A DNA stretch of 64,000 bases from Marsupella aquatica (lineage: Eukaryota; Plantae; Marchantiophyta), in NCBI GenBank assembly GCA_973895155.1, contig OZ316892.1:758917-822916 (forward strand). Reading direction: 5' to 3'. The notes beneath the pieces are model-generated. The model did not search any database. It was not told where the DNA came from and saw only the letters and a list, made by a program, of their open reading frames with translations. How positions within the stretch are numbered: the stretch's first letter is position 1; each line of letters starts with the position of its first letter. The position numbers were made by a program, and so were the translations under genes. Below, in pieces: positions 1-13,489 of the stretch.

Positions 1-876
1 CCTTTGCCAGACTCTGTTGTCAATAGTGGATTCACAATAGACTTCCCTTTGGTGGATTGCTCTTCCAAAATTGTTTTGCCCTCTTGGATCTTGTTTGATT
101 AGCATTGTTCTTCTGCGCTTGGCTCTGTGCAAGTTTTATGACATTTGCTTGTCTATTTTGATTATCCAACAGGTATCGATTGTGAGGTGCAAGGCGACGT
201 ACTGAGCTAGAGGAGAAATCAGTACCTTTTGTGAACCAGCATCCACATGTGCTAAGGTAATTAATGAATCTGGTTGAGAAAGCTTGCATCGGGAGCGGAG
301 GACCTTTCCCATGATGCTAAGTTAGCAATGATCTTGGCTTGTCAACCACACATCCACTCTGACCAAGCATTCTAGGCTTTCTACTCCCAGGATATCACTT
401 TTTCCATAGCCATCTTCCAGAGTTCTTAGCATAACCTTCAACTCCTCCTGCTATTTGAGTTGCAACTTAGCTTCAACTTGAGCAGCAGTCAAGTCAGTAG
501 ACTATTCACAATTGAGTCTCCCTCAAAAAAATTGATCGAGTAGACCAACGCAAATCAATGGTCAACGAGGGGAAGCAAGGACTTCCGCCGCTATGACTTA
601 AGAGGGTTGTTCTCCGATTGGGTAGGGTCACCGAGAGACGACCCCAAATTGAAGAAATGTTCAGGACAGATCTAGCGATCTGCAATTGTCATAGGAGACT
701 ACTTTAATTGTTTAATTGCTTTAATTTAGTACACTCTGCCTACTTTGCCTGCTCATTTGCCTGTCTGCTTTCTTCTGACCTACGGTGTGTTTTAGAGGTG
801 GCACGTGGATCCGGTCGAGGGCCAGCCATGGAAGGCACCCTTGAAGAAACAAGATTGTTGGAATAGAGGCAATCCT

Positions 877-1020
877 TCTTGCTGCTTCTCAGATGTCAAT
901 TGTTGCTTCTCAAACTTCAATTGTTGCTTCTCAAAGGTCCATCGCTGCTTCTCAAACTTCAATCACTGCTTCTTGAATGTCAATCGCTGCTTCTTGAACA
1001 TCGATTGTTGCTTCTCCAGG
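877..1020. repeat. 21-bp tandem repeat (~7 copies); encodes heptad/coiled-coil-like LEKQQL/FEKQRL peptides on the minus strand, probably a decayed TE ORF
   Basis: Units such as tcaattgttgcttctcaaact / tcaatcactgcttcttgaatg recur every 21 bp. Confidence 0.6.
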
Positions 1021-4000
1021 TGCCAAATCTAGAATGATGGTCTCCATGACCAGTTCCAAACTTTGCTGCAAATTCTTTGGCTTCCTTATCAATCACAAGC
1101 TCCCTGTGAACCTTCTTCAGCTCTTGCAATTCTTTAGCTTTCTTGGAAGCAGCATCTATGGAGAGTTGTTCTTCTATGATGATCGCTTGCCTCTTGGCCT
1201 CAAACTTAATTCATTTATTAGAAGGTTGTCTACAAGCTTGCCCGCAAGCTTGTCGGCAAGGCAACAATTCTCCTTGTCTGCCTATTGCAAATCAGCTATG
1301 GTGTCTTGTTGTTGCCTTTGTAATCGAGTAGAGGCATCTACGATAGTGCTACCTGTGCATGGATGGCTTCTTCTGCGTCCACCTTTGATTGCGCTGCAAA
1401 AGTAGGACAATGATTGAGATCTGAATCAGCAGCCCAAAAGTCACCCCACATCTTCTCCATTTCCAGCACATTTGCCTCTAACTATTGCCTGAGCTCTTCA
1501 TTGGATCTCTACAATTGTCGCAAATCCTCACGCGATATTGTTCCTGTGCTTTTTGGCTTTTGGCTTTTGTTCATATGACAACCCAGAGGATGCTTTGTGG
1601 ATTTTTCCGTTACAACAATGAGAAAAACCCATTGATCTGATATATTCACTTTTTGGCTTTTTTTGGTTATGGCAATGAGCAAGCCCCTTGCTCTATTCAC
1701 TTCATGATCTCCAATAATAGATAATAATAACGCGATCAAAGTCTGGTAGGCTTTTATACAGGCAATGTATTGCCTCCCTTATTACTTTCATGAAACAAAT
1801 ACAACTCCTAGCGCTATTATCAAATACATAATTCCAAGACCCCTTCTTTCCTGTGGTCAAAATACTAATTCCAAAACTGTTCCTTCCCCCTGGTCCGGGC
1901 TAAAAAAGCACAACATCGTTGATAGAGGAATAAGCTTTGCCATTGAACGCACGAGGGACATCACTTGCATTGTTGATGGGAGGCTGGCGCTCGATTTGTG
2001 GGCTTTTGGATTTGAAATATCCATGGTGCTTACGACATAGTTTGTGTTGCGTCCAGGAGTCCCTACTGAACCCTGGGCTACTCATTCATTGCCTGATCCC
2101 CTATTCCCCATTAATTTTCCGATTGTTGAAGTGACCTCTCAACTAAGTCTATATTCCTTTCTTTCTCCCCATGATCTGACCAAACCTGCTCCCAAGCATT
2201 TTGATTCATTTCCATCGCACTTTCATCTTTGCCGGAACCTCTTTATGTTCCTTAAACCTTGCCATATGTTTTACATTTGCTAGTTTTTTGTGATTGTTGA
2301 ACAAATAACGATTGTTAGCTGCAAGATGATTGTGCCAGAGGACAAATTGGCAGGTTTTGTGAACCAGTTTGAGGTGTTTACAAAAGAAGCAAAATAGGAA
2401 ATAGGAGTTACTAACAAAAACTTGTAACAGGAAAATGGGTGGAACATTATTTTGAAATTTTTTTGAAATTTGTTTTTGAGAAAAAAAAAAGGTTTTTTTT
2501 TGGTCGACCAGTTTTTTTTGCTAGCGCCCAACACTGCTAATAGTAGCGCCCAAAGCTAGCCAAAAATGTTGCATTGTTAATTTTTTTTGAAAATGACATG
2601 TTTTAGAAGACATTTTTAAATTGTCATTTTTACCCGTCACAGTGATTTTTTCCTGGTAACAACATATTAAAAACAGGAAAAAAAATTCATGTTTACCTGT
2701 TTCTTGTCTCCGTCGCTAGACCCACCAGTTTTTCCATAGGTGCTGAGGTAATGCTTATTCATTTCTCATGGCTGCTTTGTCATTCACCTGCTTCATTCTT
2801 GGAAGGGTTGAGGAGGTTTTGCTCTTTGTACAGTGGTCCATGTGGAAGAATTGGATTGTTGTCAATTAATGGGCATTGCAAAGTTGTTGGATGGTAGTTG
2901 GATTGTTAGATATCTTACAATATCTATCATTGCAGGATTTTGTAACCTACAAGGAGAGTTGTGATCTAGAGGACAATTGCTTGTTGTAGGATTGCCACTT
3001 GCTGCAAGTTCTCATCGCGTCATTTGATCAAGTAATTAAATTCTTGCTCCCCAAGTGTCCTTTTAGAAAGGGTGCCCTTTGTGAATGCATCATTTTATTA
3101 ACATGTGTACTCATTGGCACTAGTAAATTTTATCTAGTAATGCTTCTCAAATCCCTCCACATTATTTTCTGAGGTTTTGTTCTCTATTATTGTTCATGTG
3201 ATCAGCAGCTGCTTGCAGTAAATCTTCATTCTAGGCAGTTCAACAGAGTATTTGGAGAGTGCCAGAGAGATCAGCGGTCACCTATTAATCTCCAATTTTT
3301 TTGCTACATCTCAGTTTTCTTCCTGCATTTTGGACCAAAGTATTGGCTTTAACAACAGATTTTTTTGGCATTTGGCAAATCATGGTAAGAGAATATGGAT
3401 GTTTTCTTTATGATTTCCTTTTAGCTTTGTCTTTCCGTTATTGCAAGTGTGGGTTTGCAGGTTTCTTGAATTCAAGTGCGACCCCAAGGAAGTAATGCCC
3501 CTGGTGGAGACTGCTGGATTTCATCACCAGTTGTCTAGCGCTCCTTTGAGGAGAGGCGGGTTTCCCGAGAGGGGGGCCTTGGATTTGATCACCAATGGCA
3601 ATGAGAGTTAGAGCCAATCATACTATTTGGGTGGTCCAAGATCTCTGGTCCAAGTCAAACTTTTTGAGAGATTTCTGTGAGTTAATTGCACAGGGCACAC
3701 CATGTTGGAGGAGAGGGATTGGAGTGGAGGGCTTGGCCCTGACTCCATGTGTCTAGCACAATTGGACATTTGCAGATCCCATACCTTCTTGTGCTGATCG
3801 ACATTGAAATAGGAGTCCTTGTCAGCAAAGGGTACGTCCCTTCCCACCCGACTATAGTCGGAGAAAGTTGCATGGATCTGACCAGTCAATCACCAAGAGA
3901 AATGGCCGGGATGGGGCAAGGCTCTCTTGGGATTGGTCCTGTGGATGTGGTCTCCAAATTGGAGTCTCTTGAGGTCTGTCTCTATACTTAGTTCGCCTCT

Positions 4001-5144
4001 TGTCTATCCCATGAAACAACTTTAGGATGATGGTTTTTTTTGTGAAATTTTTGCAGGCTTGACTCAATGCCCTCAACAACTATTTTTGATTAGACAGTGT
4101 GTCTGCGGATCCTAAACCTGTAGGATCCATTAATTACAAGATTGATGACACATTTGCTGATGCCAAACTGAAGCTAGAGACTCTATGTCTCTTTAAGTTT
4201 GAGTTTGAGTTTTATGATGTTAGTCTCAGTAGTCGAATGGAGGTGAAATGGGAGAAAGCCCATATTATAGATGAATGTGGAAAGAAAATCATTGTTATCC
4301 CCAAACATGATTTTCAGGATGCAGGTGAAGATCAACATCTCTTAGGTAGCAACAAAGCTTCCAATGGTCCCTGACCCACTTTGAGCTTGTCAGTGGATGA
4401 CCTTATCATGCCAGGTCCACCATTGGACCAACCAATTATAGACAGCCCACCCATTGTGGACATTGAAACCCCATAAGTAGAGATTGATCCACAAGCAAGT
4501 TTCAAGTCTTTGTGTATGCCAAAAGATCTTGTCAAGGTCTGGCAAACACAAGTGTGAAAAGTTGAGTGATTACATGAAACTTATTCAATGTGAAGATCAT
4601 CAATGGAACTAGGTGAACACATGGGACAATGAGAATGTGGCTCGGAATGTGACATCTGAGAAGATAGAATGCTGTGAATGTCATGTCCGTGTGGATGGTG
4701 CCTTAAAGTCAGGTAGCATGGACAAAGCTAGCATTACTAATGCCTTTACCAACTTCAAGAACAAGCATCTTATCACACCCAAACATAGCAGGAGTGTTGC
4801 TAAAAACAGAGGCCAAAGATTGGACTCTATAGAGATAAATCATTAAGCTGCAACATCTGTCTTGAGTGACAAAGCTACTCTTGAACAACATGTTCAAATA
4901 GTGGAATCTGTGAATGATTCACAGTCTGTTGGGCAAAAAACTTTCAAAATTGCTAGTGATCTCAACATGGAGCCAATGGAATTGCACAAGTTTAAATTGT
5001 TTTGCATTTTTTGCTGTGAACACATGGTGATGGTACCCAAACAATGAAACCTTGAGGCCAATCTCCAGGCTCATTGTGTTGGTGTCAATCATGTAAATGT
5101 AGTATCTAAAAGCCAGAGAGTGCATGAGTAGCAATACTCCTATT

Positions 5145-8100
5145 TGTAGTATCACACTAGGGACATAAATAAACATTTAAGATCCAAAACTCGGTATTCA
5201 TTCCCATGGAAGAACATGTAAGGAATGATTTTATATGATTTAGCACTTATGAAAGACTTAAGTATTTAACAAAACACAAAGTTGAGCCTTTTACTATGAT
5301 TGCTCAACAAGGCATAGTTTTGAATGTTTGCTTAACATTGTAAATAAAATTAACAAATGGAAACAATTAATAAAACACAATAAAAATCTTGAGGTATGGT
5401 GAGGGAGTCTGGAAAATACCAAGGTAACTTCTCAACAACACTTAATTTGAGATGATTTAAGGTGAGGAATCCGCAAGGATATTTCTGGAATGGAATGCTT
5501 TACTAGGATGGTTTATTAAAGTGCCATCAACACATCTCAACCTTTCCTTCCAAGGTACTAAGTTAGGATTAACAACCAATCACTTCAACATCCAATTGGT
5601 ACTTTGTGTCACGAATATCAAGCACCATCATCAACAACTTAAAGTCATAGGTAATTGGGTGATAACATTCTTTGCACCTCGTGCACAAGCAATGTTATGC
5701 CAAAAACATATGCATCAAGAACTCAAGAATGTATAGCCTTCACCAATTAAGGAATCTATCTTCACACATTCAAAAGATTAATCAATCACAAAGTTTTACT
5801 TCTCTGGTCTGAAATCTCAACATTCAAACACAAGGAAGGGGAAGAAATCCTCTGTATTAAGTACTCATATGCAATGGAGTTCTCTTTACAAGGTGGAGGT
5901 AACAAAGTTGCAATCTTGCAACTAAGCGCTCATGAAATTCCTTCCCACAAAAAGTGACATAAAGTCTACTACATATAGGCTAGCAGGAGCTAATTAAAGG
6001 GAAAATAGATAATGAAAGGACATGCCCTTTCCTTGGAATGGATTTTTTATAAATTTTAATACCGTGAAACCCCACGAATAGGGGGGGACAACAAAGGCCA
6101 ATGCAGCCAGAACCTAACAACACAGCAGGGGCAACAGTCCGGGGCCAACACACCCCAGCAGCCCCATACCCCCAACAGGGCCCCTGGGAGCCCAAGAAAA
6201 CTAATGAGCAACTAACAATGACACTACCACGCCAAAAGACATCACTCCACGCCACCACCAAAGCAAAGCCGACCAGCCCGAAACCAATCCTGACGATGAA
6301 AAGCAAGCCATTCGCCGGCCCGGCTCACCCGGGCATGACGCTTGCCAAGCGGAAAATGGCAGTCCACAACAAACAAGTGATCTGCCGTCTCAGTGAGCAC
6401 CAAACCAAAATCGAATTTCCTACCAGCACCGGCCCGGAACATATGATCATTACGGGCCCTCCAAATCATCCACAACATTTGGTAAAGCATAAACAACTTC
6501 ACAAAATGAGTAACTTCCCTCCCCAGGGAATCATCCAATAGGGGCAGTAGACCAACACCGAAAGGCACCCGCAGAGTCCCAAGCACATCCCTATACATCT
6601 GCCAGCACCTGATAGCAAACTTGCATTGAACAAACAGATGTGGCATCGACTCCAGCAGCCCACTGCAATACTTGCATTCGCCGTTACTAGCTTTAATTCT
6701 AAGAGCCCTCTCACCCGTGAACAGACCCCCAACAATCACCCTCCATATGAAGGTCTTGGCCCTGCAAGAGAGATCGGACCTCCACAGCTGACTCCATCTC
6801 TTATTCCACTCCATCTCAGTCCCATTCGATGACCAGATACAGTTCAGACGCTCATAGAATGACACAAATGGTCTAAGAAACTCATACACCCTGCAATTTG
6901 CAATATCAAAGTTCTTCAGGGGCCCAACCTTATCAGCCCATCTCCACCTCCGAGCCCCAGGGTCCAGGTTCAGGGTACAGGAGCCAGACGCCCAGATCTT
7001 CGCCAAAAATGCCTTAGTCAAACCGCGTTGCTCCTCAGAGAACCCCCTCATTTGATGCCACCACAGGGGCATCTCCTTCCAACCAGCACTCTCCGTACAC
7101 CATCCATCCCTAATACTTCTCAAGCCCAGCCTGCCACAAATGGCAGTGATCCCTAATATATCCTCGTTTGGCAGCGAGTTAAACTCTGTAATGCATCTCA
7201 GGGTATCCTGAATGCTCCAGTGCCCTGGAATACCCCACATCCCAGGTTCGAACGAGAGATGTGCTCTCACCTGCTCCCAGGCCTTCCACAGACCAGCGGT
7301 ATATGAAAGACCACCTCCGGTGCGGGGAGAACACAGCAAAAGCTTATCCTTGAGCGAATACTGATTCCTGCGTATGACTTTGTAATTCAACCAGCCCATT
7401 AAGGAGAGGTTTGCAGCAAGCATTCTAGCTTTTGCATAAGGATCATAAACTAAAGTATGAAAGTATGAAAATATGTTATAAGAGTACTCAAGGTTCACTA
7501 GAATGCTCCTGGAATGAAAACTAATCAAAAGTGATCCTTAGTGTAAACTGGAATGAAAGTGTTTTTGCACTTTTGTTGTAAAACTAACAAATAACAACGT
7601 TGTCTGAATTTTAATTTCTAACATAAAGGTCAGAATGAGATGAAACTTTTCTAGGTGGAAGATTTACATACATGCTGGAAAAATTTTAGACTTTTCTGAG
7701 GTGTCTAAGTGCCTTAATAAAATCGGTGAAAAGTGCTGTTGGATATAAAATACATTTTTCCGGAAAATTTTGTAAGTGTCGGAAGCGCCGTTGCGCCGTT
7801 GCGCTTTGGAATAGTAGCGCTGTTGTGCCTTTGCGCACTCATGCCACTGCAAAACTAAAAATTCTATAACTTCTAAACTAAATGTTGGTTTAAGTTGATA
7901 CTTTCAAGGTATGGTCTGCTACATAAGGGCTATCTCCTGAAAAAGTATGAGACTTTTCTAACTACTTCAACTATTTAACTGAAAGTGCGGAGATCGGCTG
8001 GTCTTTACTATTGTCGTAGGAGAACTAATCTTGTTGGAGTAGTGATGTCTGATCTGGTTGCTGAACTCTTGTGTAGGTATTCTCTTGTATAGCTTCTTGA

Positions 8101-8319
8101 ATTACATCCATGTCTTGAGTGTGATGCCGATAGAACGATAAAGTCTTTTGCTGTCGTTCAAGATCCAGAACAAGAAGTAGTCTCCGGTGTAGCATGACAT
8201 TAGGTAAAGTGTTCAGTTGGTCTAAATTGCTACAAAAGTAACTATACTGCACCTTTGAGTTAGAAAAAGTTCAAAATTTATAATTTTTCTATCATTTCTA
8301 ACTAATGTACTGTATTACA
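5145..8319. mobile_element. Solo LTR, copy 1 (interrupted by an L1 fragment)
   Basis: Begins TGTAGTAT and ends GTATTACA; identical 5-bp flanks CTATT at 5140-5144 and 8320-8324; colinear similarity to 41833-43840. Confidence 0.9.
6042..7410 (-). mobile_element. 5'-truncated L1-type LINE (ORF2 C-terminus with zf-RVT-like zinc finger) nested in the solo LTR
   Basis: ORF 6242-7528 has W..LW.......KTFIWR and CKYC....ESMPHLFVQC motifs; A-rich tail at ~6042-6058 on minus; absent from the sister LTR; 5' boundary approximate and no TSD found. Confidence 0.85.
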
Positions 8320-8429
8320 CTATTCTCTCAGGTTGTGCCAAAAGACCACGTCAAGTTGATAAGAGGGATAAATGTCAGAAGACCATTCAAGGTTTTCTAA
8401 CTGTCAATTGAGTCAACAAGGCTCTAGCA

Positions 8430-11400
8430 ATGTCTCAGTCTAGCCTATCATTGTCGGGTAAGGGCAAAGGTAATACTGATGATCTGTCGTTGTTGTGTTG
8501 GGATTAATTATGGCAAACTCAGTGGATATATGATAACCAATCCAGGCCTGTCAAGGATATCCTTAAATACCAACTTAAAGAAAAAAAATTGTGGTATCCA
8601 GAGCCTTTGGCAAAGGCTAAAGTGTGGTGTGAAGAGATTGATACAATTTGTGTCATTGAAGGTTTGTTCACACATAAATTGTGTACTAGGATATCAAGAC
8701 TTGGTGGTGGATTCATAGAGTTGACGTGTTCAGACCATTGTTTCACCATACCTAGTCTAACAGACTTTAGATTACGGGCGTTCAGAGAGGTCATTGCAAT
8801 GGAAAAAGAGGTCAAAGCTCAAGGACAGGTCAAGGTAGGCGGATAGACTACCTCACAACTGAGGAAGTTCGAGAGCAAGCAAAGAAATACCGTAGAACTA
8901 TCAAGAAGGAGAGGAAACTAGCAAGGAGGTTTCAGCATTGTTTGCCGATGCTCACAGCTAAAGAACCATCTCTGGAAGAGATGTGCAAGGAGGCCATAAA
9001 TAGGAAGGACATAATGAACTTTTGTAATTATGTTGCACTAGCACACAAGAAAGGGGCCTTTGGTGGCAGACAAGCATTATGGGATATGCTTCAAGATGTA
9101 GCTTCCAACTTAACCCGAAGCAAGGAGGGTCATCGATGGAGGAAAGGAACAAAGCTCCTTTGTCCGACACTGTTTCTACATGGTGGTAAGCGGGTAGTAG
9201 ATTGTCTCCAAACAAATGGTTTGGGTCCAAGTTTGAATACTCTACGGAGAGGTAAGCGTAGCATGTTTGTGTTTCATGCTGGTCTGCATGCTTCACAATT
9301 CAAGTTAATTGCTCAGGTTTACTCAAATTGAAGAGTCGACTTGGAATATTTAGACCTATTCCTTGCTATTTGGCAGAGGGTGAAACCTATGTGAAGAGGA
9401 CAGTTAGGTGGCAGCCTAAGGATGATACACTTATTGGATTTTGTGGAAAAAAGGACAATCATACCTTGTGGTGTTGGTCTAGCAATAAAAGTGGGAGAGG
9501 GTAAAACTGACCTCAATAACATTGTAGAGGCCTTTGACACTAATGTTATAGGGCACCAAGCCAGGTGCATTATGGTAAATCCCCTTTTTGAGAAGTTTCC
9601 TCGCCTCTGTGCCATGGGCATTGGTATTGGTACATGTGGTCAATTTGGTGCTGATTATATTAGGGAGCAATGGACTGAATTACAATCAATGTGGGCTACT
9701 TATTGCTTGGAGGCTGTTGGACCTTTGAACATTGGGCCATGCTAGTGATGGGGACTCAAGAAGAAGGATGTTAATGATAGAAGATTACACTAGAAGAGGA
9801 ATTTCAGGCTCGGGGGGGGGGTCACTTCCACGGAAGTGGCACATCACGTGCAACAAAGTATAGGCCCATTTAAATGGGTGTGGCGAAATACTTCCAAAGT
9901 TTGGTGGAAGAACACATAGGGCGTGTTTTATTGACTGGTTGACTTTAAAGAACACATAGGCCTATTTAATTGCAAAAATACTTTCTTTAAAGTTTTTAGG
10001 GGTTTTTAATAAAAATGACAAAATTTAAAGAAAGAATGAGCTTTGCAAAAAAATATTTTTCACTTATAAGTTAGGGGGCTCAAACCCTAAAACATTGCAC
10101 ACAATGTATGGCCCTCCATATAATGACCCCCCCAAGATTCCAGGCCCTAGACAAAATCTCAAGTGGGAAGGATGGTTACTAACCCACTCTATGATCACTG
10201 TTGGAATAGTCTCTCATACTTATGGACTTCATGATCAAGATTTTATCCACAATGGAAAGAAACTTGTGAATCCATTGGATTCAATCAAGAGAGTGATGAA
10301 ATTAGGGGTAGAAGTAGTTGCTTTCAGTCACATAAACCATGTGTATGAACTATAGGATGTTAAAGATCATGCAATGAATCATGAAGATGTTCTACAATCA
10401 GACAGGCATAACTGGACTAGTGCCCAACGACTTTGCAGTCAAAAATTGATTAACACACTCCAGATGTTATGAAATCAACCAGATGCCAGACAAGAGATGA
10501 CTCTTGGCTTAGAAGTTTATTTAGGAATATGTGCCGATTATGTGGATATATTCTTGAATACAAGCTTGAGCTTGAGGCAGAGGATTGTTCTTTGTGGCAA
10601 ATTAAGTGAGGCTCTTTTTCAGACTTTGGCGAATGTGGTGTTTTCCTGGGAATCACCCTGTACGTGTTAATACACAGCCAATAAGTTTTAAGCAAAACTA
10701 CATCTCTATGCAAACATTTCTTGACATTCAAATGTGTGTGCATTTTGTGTCATTGTTGATTATCCAATTCAGAGATCACTTCCTGAGTTGCCTATGACTC
10801 TACATCTGACTGGATCAAATAGTTGCAAACAATGTTGTTCAAAAGTTGGAGGCATGCATGAATGGTCATGAACAAAGTTATGGTCTGGCTGAGCTGGTTG
10901 ATTGTGCAACCTCTTTGAACCGGTTGGCAACAATGGACTTGAGTGAAGGAATAGTGGAAGCTGGTCACAGTCACAAAAAGCACAGAAATATTTGGATGAA
11001 ACTTCACCCTGTATCACATGGGTCTCCTAGAAAAGCGAGTCAAACAAACTACACAAGAATTGAAATTGATGTAGATGTTGTGAGGGCTTTACATGAAGGC
11101 TTTTTGCTAGCCAAAGATGTTGCTCCACTTCAGCCATAAATACCACCATGTGGTGGAATTTTCCATGGAAAATAGAGTCAAAAGGTACACACCATGAGGA
11201 TGGTGTGATATTAATGTGGAATCCTTAGAGGTTGATGAAGATGCAACATTGGTAGATAGACCTAACTTACCCTAGACAAATAACAAATACACTACCTATT
11301 CTAGAAGGTCCATTTACAGTAGCTGGATCCTCCACTATAGCAACTGAGGAGGCAAATTCAGCTTCCATGATGGGATACTTGAGGATGGGGTGCCTGATGT

Positions 11401-11668
11401 ACACATAGCTCAAGATAATTGCTATGCTCTAATGTTTGATATACACACAGACTTGGTGTATGGTGAGTTTGCTATCACAATTGTTCCCACTATGAGTTTT
11501 GAGAGTCGGATTATGTACAAGAGTACTTTAGTTAGTCAAATGGTAGGGAACCCCTACCTTAGCAAGGACCGTCTGACACGGGTGAAGCAAAGTCTTTATT
11601 TCAACAATTTGGTGGATAAACTAAAAATGCGGGTTGGTGCTCCAACTATGATGATGAGTGTTGGTAGT
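8430..11668 (+). pseudogene. P-element-like DDE transposase, 5' part (many stops and frameshifts)
   Basis: Motifs in order: HASDGDSRRR (~9740-9770), DQDFIHNGKKLVNPL (DxxH), DRHNW..AQRL, FFRLWRMW, TGSNSCKQC.SK, YKSTLVSQ.VGNP.LSKDRLTRV; continues in frame at 32321. Confidence 0.65.
9809..10136. mobile_element. MITE-like insertion (328 bp) with poly-G/poly-C termini
   Basis: Ends CTCGGGGGGGGGGTCAC and TGACCCCCCCAAG are inverted; flanks ATTTCAGG (9801-9808) and ATTCCAGG (10137-10144); removal restores the frame DYTRRG-IPGPRQNLKWEGW of the host transposase. Confidence 0.8.
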
Positions 11669-12056
11669 AACCCCAATTTAGACAAAACCAGAATTTATTA
11701 AGTCCGGAATTCATAGTGTATATTATTTAATATTATATTTAATTATGATTGTATTATACATGTATTTTTTTGGTATATGATTCTCTTTAAACCATACACA
11801 AGGATAATACTTTCACAATCCATGGAGCGTAGCAATAAAAAATATCCTGTTTGTGAACATATAGTGTACATAGTACATGGAGGTTTACTCGGAATGAAAA
11901 ATTTAACATAAACATCAAATTCATTTGCAATAGAGAGTAATTCAAGATAGAGCTTTAAGATAATGTAACTTGGACACTTTTTATTATAGTGAATGTAGTA
12001 TCACAGACAATATGAAACATAGTCTTTAATCTAAAACCAAATTTAAATAACTCTAT

Positions 12057-12680
12057 TTAATCTTTGTAAATAGACACCTTAATGTCTCTACTTTTTTGGA
12101 ATTCTTCTCTAGGCCTCATTGACCACAATGGATAGTTGGATTTAATAAATCTATGTGCACTAACCTTTGAGTGAGCAAGTCTTAGAAGATAGGGCATGAG
12201 AGTGTTTTCTAAAAACTGGTCACCTAGATCACCGTAAAAGGGTTTTGGATGAAGTGCAGCATAATATGGAGAATCAAAACTTATAGATGCTGCCTCTCCT
12301 AAGAGTACTACATTTTCATATAAATACCCAGGGGCTTCTTTCATAACAATCTTGATATTCATTCCACACTGATTTGACTTAAGGTCGTCTTGTCGGCACC
12401 ATAGTATCTTAAAACTTTCAAGAGCCTTCTCAGTGAGAAGTGGATCAACATGATCGGCCACTTCATACCAATCAGTATGATTCCGGGACCAAAATCCAAT
12501 GTCAAAGTTTTCAGAGCAAAATTTTAAAAACTCTTGAACAAATGGTCTAGGAAAGATCATTTTCTTCTTAACGCAGAAGGCAGTCGAATTTCTTAAATGC
12601 CTTGAGAACCCAGCGGAGAAGACGAGAATGCTTTCAACATGGAAAAGAAGTAATTTTCGGGTAGAAACAAATTTTATAAT
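12057..12680 (-). CDS. FCP1/NIF-like HAD phosphatase-fold domain, copy 2 (catalytic Asp lost); probable terminal exon of the cargo gene
   Basis: RKLLLFHVESIL...IFPRPFVQEFLKFCSENFDIGFWS...ENVVLL...HPKPFYGDLGD; acceptor tgtgcag immediately upstream. Confidence 0.75.
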   Translation of the reverse strand: MIKFVSTRKLLLFHVESILVFSAGFSRHLRNSTAFCVKKKMIFPRPFVQEFLKFCSENFDIGFWSRNHTDWYEVADHVDPLLTEKALESFKILWCRQDDLKSNQCGMNIKIVMKEAPGYLYENVVLLGEAASISFDSPYYAALHPKPFYGDLGDQFLENTLMPYLLRLAHSKVSAHRFIKSNYPLWSMRPREEFQKSRDIKVSIYKD

Positions 12681-12796
12681 CTGCACAACACAAAACATGT
12701 CAGCAATTGAGCATTAAATAATACAAAACAAAAGAGGCAATAAACTAAATAAAACATTAACATTAAATATGCATGAGAAAAAAAGAGTCCTTACAT

Positions 12797-13489
12797 TTAT
12801 TGAAAAACAACGTCAGCGTACTCATTAAATCGTTTGAGGTGATGTGGGTCACTCTCTAACCTCACAGTGTCATTAGTTGACCAGATCATTCTATTTTCTT
12901 CCCAATCTTCAACTAGTGCAGACAATGACCAAGTAGGATATTTGTTTTGTATGGTTTTGTGCATTGTTTCGGAAGAGTTCAGGAGTGTTTTGAGGTATGG
13001 AATAAGAGTGTTGGGGAAAAAATTGTCCGCTATCTGTCCAGAATACGGTTCAGGGTAGAGAGAAGAGTAAAATGGATTTAGGCACGTTTTGTAAGGAGAG
13101 TCATCAATGAGTATAATGTTTTCACTATAATAGTCATTTTCTAGTTTCGAACGCAGATTTTTCAACTCTTTCAAGAAAATTGGTTTTTGGGTTTTGAAAT
13201 GGTTGCCAACTCGAACTGTGTCCTGTTGAGTAGCAATAAATTTTAACTGTTTTCTGTCATCACTAGTCAATACAGTTTGAAGGATAGGCTTAAGATTGTG
13301 CCATTGCATGCAGGACCAAATTGCAACGTCGAAGTTTGCTTTGCAAAAATCTAGAAACTCGCGCAAATACGGCCTCTTGTAGATGAACTTAGACCCGACC
13401 CGAACTCCGGCACTTTGGTCAAGTAGTTTGGTAGAATACACACTTAACAAAATAACTTTGTTTACATCAAGAATAATGAGTTTTTTCAC
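12797..13489 (-). CDS. FCP1/NIF-like HAD phosphatase-fold domain, copy 1; probable internal exon of the cargo gene
   Basis: KKLIILDVNKVIL, YKRPYLREFLDFC..NFDVAIWS, KPIFLKEL, ENIILIDDSPYK..LNP; acceptor gtacag precedes the ORF start and donor gtaagg follows the end. Confidence 0.85.
   Translation of the reverse strand: MKKLIILDVNKVILLSVYSTKLLDQSAGVRVGSKFIYKRPYLREFLDFCKANFDVAIWSCMQWHNLKPILQTVLTSDDRKQLKFIATQQDTVRVGNHFKTQKPIFLKELKNLRSKLENDYYSENIILIDDSPYKTCLNPFYSSLYPEPYSGQIADNFFPNTLIPYLKTLLNSSETMHKTIQNKYPTWSLSALVEDWEENRMIWSTNDTVRLESDPHHLKRFNEYADVVFQ

Noticed and set aside
1-5140. Short ORFs in the first 5 kb as genes
   Set aside because: Fragmented with no motif I can recognise; probably decayed TE sequence, left unassigned
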